From the NCBI GenBank assembly GCA_011050235.1, contig DRGC01000051.1, positions 156,745 to 220,744 of the forward strand: 64,000 nucleotides of DNA, written 5' to 3'. Shown here piece by piece: positions 58,430 through 64,000 of this stretch. The DNA comes from Phycisphaerae bacterium (GTDB lineage: Bacteria; Planctomycetota; Phycisphaerae; SM23-33). Position 1 is the first letter of the stretch; the number at the start of each line of letters is the position of its first letter. The notes under the pieces are model-generated. The model saw only the letters and a program-made list of their open reading frames with translations. It was not told the DNA's origin and did no database searches. The translations under genes were made by a program, and so were the position numbers.

Positions 58430-60388
58430 ATGCCCGACGAGGCGCCGACGAACTCAGCCGGTAACGGGGGCAAGCTGCGCACACCGACCCCGCCCTGGGA
58501 AAAGGCCCCCGCGACGTCCCCCGACCAGACGGATAAGGCCGCCGAGATCATACCGCCCTGGGAATCGGCCGACGCACCCGCCACACCGGCCGAAAAACCC
58601 AAGAGCGTCGACGAGCTTTTCGAGCGGCGTGTCCGCGAGGCCGCCCAGGAGGTAGCCGACGACCAGGCCCAGCCGGACCAGACGGATAGCCCTCTGGGCG
58701 TCTACGCCGACCTGGACGAGGCCAAGGCGCCGCCGCAGGAACCGCGCCAACCCCGCCGCCGCGAGCAACGCGAACGCAAACCGTCCGAACGGCGCCGCGC
58801 CGGGCGTCGCGGTCCGGATCGGCGAAGCGAGCGTCCCTCGTCGCGCAAGGCGCCTGGCGAGCGGCGTGATGCCGACGAAGCCGTCGCCCCCGCGCCGACA
58901 GAACTCCCGGACGATACCGAGCCCACCCCGGACTTCGATGCGCCGATTGAGGAGCGGATGGAGGCCGAGTCGCTCTCCGCGCGGGCGCGCGGTGGATACG
59001 ATCTGCCGACCGCCGCCAAGGGAATCGAGCAGCGTCGCGGCCGGCCCGAGGCGCCGTCGCACGTGGCCGACCAGGACGTGCTGTCGAGTCAGCAACAGGC
59101 CCGCGCCGATCAACTGGCCCAGGACATTACCCAGGCCGGTCCGTTGCTGGCGGTCCGGTACGGCAAGATGCGGTATATTGGGCTGTTCCAGCACCGCTTG
59201 GACCCCCCACCGGCGCCCGGGACGAAGGTGACCATCCGCAGCGAACGCGGCGTGGAACTGGGCGAGGTCGCCCAGCCTCTATGCGGCGATTCCTGCGGCC
59301 GCTCGTGCGTCACCCCCGCACGCGTGGCCGAGTTCACGGTCGCCAACGGGCCGGACTATCCCCTCAAGCGTCAGGGCAAGGTGCTCAGGCTAGCCAACTC
59401 GCAGGACGTCGCCGACGCCGATGAGCTTCAGCAGGTCTGCCGCCAGGCCAGGCGTTTCTGCAAGGAGCAGATCGACAAGCTCAACCTGGCGATGCGCCTG
59501 ACGACCATCGAACATCTGCTGGGCGGGGAGCGGATGGTGTTCTACTTCACCGCCGAAAGTCGCGTGGACTTTCGTGAATTGGTCAAACTTCTGACCAGCG
59601 AATTCCAAACGCGGGTCGAGATGCGGCAGGTCGGCGCGCGGGATGAGGCGAGGCTGGTGGGGGACTTCGAACGGTGCGGGCGGCAGTGCTGCTGCCAGAC
59701 GTTCCTGAAGGACCTTAAGCCCGTCTCGATGCGAATGGCCAAGATCCAAAAGGCCACGCTCGACCCGTCGAAAATCTCCGGGCGATGCAGCCGCCTGATG
59801 TGCTGCCTGCGCTACGAGGACGCCGGCTATCAGGAGCTGCGCCAGGCCCTGCCTCCCAAGAACATCTGGGTCCGCACGGCCGAGATGGTCGGGCGGGTCG
59901 TCAAGACGCATATCCTAACCCAACTGATCGAACTGGAGCTGCCGGACCGGTCGCGAACCGTCATCGGCGTCGAGGAAATCGTCGAGCGCAACGTCGATCC
60001 TCCGGAGATCCCCTCTCCCGCGACCCCGCGGCCCGCGCCGATCCCGCTGAGACATCGCCCGGACAGGCGATTTCTGCGAGATGCGCCCGACAAGCCACCG
60101 GCCGACGCGCCCGCCGCCGACAAGGACACCGGCGACGCCGACAAGCAGCCGCCCAAGAAAAGACGCCGCCGACGACGTCGCCCCCAAGGCCAACCTGCTG
60201 CCTCCGGGGCCGAGCCGTCGCAGCAACGGTCCGCCCCCGATCACTCGGGCGGCGAATCCGCCGGGCCAACCGGTGGGGGCCCAGCCGGGCCAACCGGTGG
60301 GAGCCCAGCCGGGCCAACCGGTGGGAGCCCGGCGGGGACAAACGGCGGGGGCAAACGAAAACGCCGCCGGCGCCGGCGCAAGCGCTGA
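58430..60388 (+). CDS. ricT: PSP1-domain protein (RicT/YaaT homologue) with long disordered N- and C-terminal extensions
   Basis: Core ...RVDFRELVKLLTSEFQTRVEMRQVGARDEA...CGRQCCCQTFLKD...RMAKIQKATLDPSKISGRCSRLMCCLRYE is the PSP1 C-terminal domain with its Cys cluster. ATG at 58430. Confidence 0.8.
   Translation: MPDEAPTNSAGNGGKLRTPTPPWEKAPATSPDQTDKAAEIIPPWESADAPATPAEKPKSVDELFERRVREAAQEVADDQAQPDQTDSPLGVYADLDEAKAPPQEPRQPRRREQRERKPSERRRAGRRGPDRRSERPSSRKAPGERRDADEAVAPAPTELPDDTEPTPDFDAPIEERMEAESLSARARGGYDLPTAAKGIEQRRGRPEAPSHVADQDVLSSQQQARADQLAQDITQAGPLLAVRYGKMRYIGLFQHRLDPPPAPGTKVTIRSERGVELGEVAQPLCGDSCGRSCVTPARVAEFTVANGPDYPLKRQGKVLRLANSQDVADADELQQVCRQARRFCKEQIDKLNLAMRLTTIEHLLGGERMVFYFTAESRVDFRELVKLLTSEFQTRVEMRQVGARDEARLVGDFERCGRQCCCQTFLKDLKPVSMRMAKIQKATLDPSKISGRCSRLMCCLRYEDAGYQELRQALPPKNIWVRTAEMVGRVVKTHILTQLIELELPDRSRTVIGVEEIVERNVDPPEIPSPATPRPAPIPLRHRPDRRFLRDAPDKPPADAPAADKDTGDADKQPPKKRRRRRRRPQGQPAASGAEPSQQRSAPDHSGGESAGPTGGGPAGPTGGSPAGPTGGSPAGTNGGGKRKRRRRRRKR
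60260..60331 (+). repeat. Three tandem 24-bp units inside ricT encoding AGPTGG(G/S)P
   Basis: GCCGGGCCAACCGGTGGG(G/A)GCCCA repeats at 60260, 60284 and 60308. It is followed by a degenerate copy and a KRKRRRRRRKR tail. Confidence 0.8.
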
Positions 60389-60404
60389 CGACGACACACA
60401 GGCG

Positions 60405-61529
60405 TTATCGCCAGGCGGCTTTGAACTTCCCCAGCATCAGGGCTCGCCGCAGATGCCGAACGCCCTCGCGGTCGACGGCTATCCGGCGAACGGCCCAGTG
60501 GACGGTCCTGATCTTCAACAGCCCCTCATCGCGCGTCATGGCCAGTTCCAGTTCGATCGGCTCGGTGTTGGGCGCCTCTTTGTGGCGCAGGTGCGAGTGA
60601 TAGACGACGCGCCGGTCGGAGACGACCAGCCCGGCCATGCCTTCTTCGGTCCGTGACAGATCGCGGTCGGGAACGTAGGCGATGAAATGCTCGTCGGGCT
60701 CGGCCTTGAACCACTGCTCAAGCCGTTGGCGGACCACCAGCGGGACCTGATCCCAGGGATTTTCCTGGGCGACATCGGAGGCCTTGGCCAGCATGGCCAG
60801 ATCGGCTTCGCTGCCGCCGGCGTCGGTGAGAAACTCTTGGGCGCGATGAATGTTGGCCACGCGAAGGCGGCAGATTTTCTCACCCGTGCGAGCATGTTCG
60901 ATGATCTGTCCAACGACCAGGCCCTCGGGGTTGCACATGTCGCACATCCAGTAAGGCATCGGCTGGTCGGCGGGGGGCGAGGCGTTGGGAACGTGCGGCA
61001 GATGCTTCAACAAATCGGCCCCGTAGAGACGGTCTATATCCGGCTCACAGCAGATCAGCACGCCGCTGGCCAGCAGAGACCGCAGGGCTTCCTTGTCGGC
61101 CAGGGACGAGGCGAACACGATCACATGAGGCCGAAGGTGGGCTCGCGCGCCGCACCGCATGCACGTCCGCGGCATGGTGCATCGAAACGACGCCTCGCGC
61201 AGCAACTTGGCGGGGAACTCGAACATCGCCGCCGACGGGCCGAGCTTCGCCAGGCGGACACCCGTCGGGCGGTCGATCGACTCGGAGGCCACGATCGTGC
61301 TACCGAGGCTGGGCTCTTCGTCGGCGTCGACGTGGGCCTGTTCGGCCAGGTCCACCTTGTCGTCGGCTGCGTCCAGCAGCGAGGCGATATCGTCTTCGCT
61401 GAGGCTGTCGGTAGCGGGGATTTGGAAACGGTGCCGGCAACTGCCGCACCGCACAGAACGCCCGGCTGCATCTGGCGGGACACCCAACAGCGCCCCACAA
61501 GCCGGACACGTGACCTGCATCTCGTCCAT
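60405..61529 (-). CDS. Hypothetical protein with an N-terminal zinc-ribbon and additional Cys pairs
   Basis: MDEMQVTCPACGALLGVPPDAAGRSVRCGSCRHRFQIP (CxxC...CxxC). Further pairs are CMRCG and CDMCN. The C-terminal third has a bacterial PH-like pattern (GLVVSDRRVVYH). Confidence 0.6.
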   Translation of the reverse strand: MDEMQVTCPACGALLGVPPDAAGRSVRCGSCRHRFQIPATDSLSEDDIASLLDAADDKVDLAEQAHVDADEEPSLGSTIVASESIDRPTGVRLAKLGPSAAMFEFPAKLLREASFRCTMPRTCMRCGARAHLRPHVIVFASSLADKEALRSLLASGVLICCEPDIDRLYGADLLKHLPHVPNASPPADQPMPYWMCDMCNPEGLVVGQIIEHARTGEKICRLRVANIHRAQEFLTDAGGSEADLAMLAKASDVAQENPWDQVPLVVRQRLEQWFKAEPDEHFIAYVPDRDLSRTEEGMAGLVVSDRRVVYHSHLRHKEAPNTEPIELELAMTRDEGLLKIRTVHWAVRRIAVDREGVRHLRRALMLGKFKAAWR

Positions 61530-62027
61530 GCGCTTGCTCCGATACTTCCGATACTACTGATGTGGTTGTCTAGCGATGGATATCGGACACAGGCCGTCAG
61601 CCGCGCAACAAAAACTCCAGACGCCGTATCCCAAGAACCATGCCCATGACACCCTAGGATACACCTGTCAGGAGATGACGCCAAGGGCCCATAGAAACAA
61701 GGCCCGGTGGTACCGCCCGTTGAGCCCGGGCTCTACCATCGGGCCTTCTCAGGCCTCCTGAGCCGCACTCCCATATAGCATCCGCGGCAACACCACGGGG
61801 GGCACTCAGACATGTTTGCTCGCTTGCATTGTACCGATTCGCCGCCGCCGCTCGCAGCGCTGCGCCCCCGCGTGTTCTTCGCCCATCGCTGTTGGGCCCT
61901 GGGCCTGCCGAAGACCTCCGATCTCCAAATCGGACGGTTGGCCGATGGCACTCCCCGGCCTGTAGAAGGCCCCTGCTGTCCTGTGCCCACCAGCTAACGA
62001 CCGGCAGACACGCAACACGAACGATGC

Positions 62028-63215
<1,188 letters not shown>

Positions 63216-63515
63216 AATCGTTCTCCCTAACAGGACAGGTCGGAAGTATTCTACCGCGCCATCGTCGGCGGGTGAACTATCTGGCCACGCCCGGGCGTAC
63301 TTGTCAAGGTCCCAAGCGGCGGGTATAGGAGGGCGTTTGTCGCCGCCTCGGCCGCGGCGAGCGAGACCGATGAAATCTTACACGCGCAATGCGGCGTTCA
63401 ACATTGCCGGCGAGGCGGTCCGGGGCTTCCAGTGGGACGGCGTAGCCCTGGCGTGGTTTCTGATGCAGGTCAAGGAGCCTCGAACCCTCGCCCCTCTACC
63501 AGAGCGACGAGTAGA

Positions 63516-64000
63516 TCACTCGTCGACGGAGAAGTAGCGGCGGACGATGGTGCGGTAGCGGCTGGGGATGCGGCCCTGGCGCAACGACTGGGCCGCCCGC
63601 AGCCGGGCCGCCGACCATGCCTGCTCGTAGCTCGCCTCAGCCGGGGGCCGTTCGTCGTCGGGCCCGCTGCCCGCCGCCGATCGATAGGCTGGATCGTAGA
63701 TGCGGACCCAGCGGTCTATTCCCTCGGCCGGGCCGTCGGCGACCGTAGGCTTGGTCGGCTCGCCGGCGGTTGGCTCGCCGGGGGCGGCGCTTGGGCCGGG
63801 CGGCAAGAGGGCGGCCGCAGTGCGCACGGCTTCGGGGGTCAGTTCGACCGGCTCGAAGCCCTGCTCGCGCAAATCATCGAGCAGTTGCGCCAAGTGTTCA
63901 TCGTCGACTCGCTCGACGGCCGCCGATGCCGCTCGCAACGCGTCTCTGATTTCCGCAGCCCCGACGGCTGACGCCTGGCGATCGAACGCCCGGGCCAGCG
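63516..64000 (-). CDS. Hypothetical protein, C-terminal part (reading frame stays open to the window end)
   Basis: The frame upstream of the track start (TTG 63938) has no stop up to 64000. The C-terminus is ...IPSRYRTIVRRYFSVDE. Confidence 0.45.
   Translation of the reverse strand, partial: LARAFDRQASAVGAAEIRDALRAASAAVERVDDEHLAQLLDDLREQGFEPVELTPEAVRTAAALLPPGPSAAPGEPTAGEPTKPTVADGPAEGIDRWVRIYDPAYRSAAGSGPDDERPPAEASYEQAWSAARLRAAQSLRQGRIPSRYRTIVRRYFSVDE

Noticed and set aside
61640-61700. Possible SRP (4.5S) RNA because of CCTGTCAGG...GATGACGCCAAGG strings
   Set aside because: The conserved domain IV core (GGAAGCAGCC with a GNAR tetraloop context) is absent. The resemblance is limited to short, scattered words.
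63455-63515. tRNA-like fragment (minus-strand GGTAGAG...GGGTTCGAGGCTCC resembling D- and T-arm sequences)
   Set aside because: No anticodon arm, no acceptor stem pairing, and the putative T-stem does not base-pair. It is not a tRNA gene. At most it is a degenerate remnant or coincidence.

Overview
GC-rich (roughly two-thirds G+C by eye), densely coding bacterial chromosomal window. I saw no rRNA, CRISPR array, transposase, integrase or phage genes. All calls come from reading the supplied translations and DNA; no database search was run.

Gene content suggests a Planctomycetota (Phycisphaerae-like) host, which is an inference. It rests on five formylglycine-type sulfatases, a GH116, a DUF1570-like HExxH lipoprotein, a DUF1559/pseudopilin-like module, a PSP1/RicT protein with long low-complexity tails, ECF sigma modules and zinc-ribbon hypotheticals.

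Layout:
- 298-4915: CPBP protease, LplT and a tri-domain Aas (lysophospholipid re-acylation operon).
- 5006-19715: sulfated-glycan utilisation island with 5 sulfatases, GH116, oxidoreductase/isomerase/cupin and an MFS transporter. A eukaryote/archaea-type DRG GTPase is embedded in it.
- 19818-21638: aspS.
- 21681-23543: arsR-hgcA-hgcB, the mercury-methylation gene pair, with a near-consensus promoter, a palindromic operator and vicinal-cysteine motifs in all three proteins. This is the most notable system in the window.
- 25359-29905: arginine/citrulline/ornithine cluster (DDAH-like amidinohydrolase, COG2403 P-loop protein, argF, rocD), interrupted by an AT-rich repeat-bearing spacer.
- Remainder, mostly housekeeping: M16 peptidase pair, murD, purB, ino1 plus a CDP-alcohol phosphatidyltransferase, miaB, tRNA-His, tsaB, yidC, truD, a PduO-type corrinoid adenosyltransferase, gyrB, an ECF sigma/anti-sigma/LTxxQ/ispH operon, and ricT.
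- Several hypothetical secreted proteins with unusual features: an embedded pseudopilin-like module and an 18-Asp tail.

Many long ORFs in the six-frame track are GC-driven shadow frames and were rejected.
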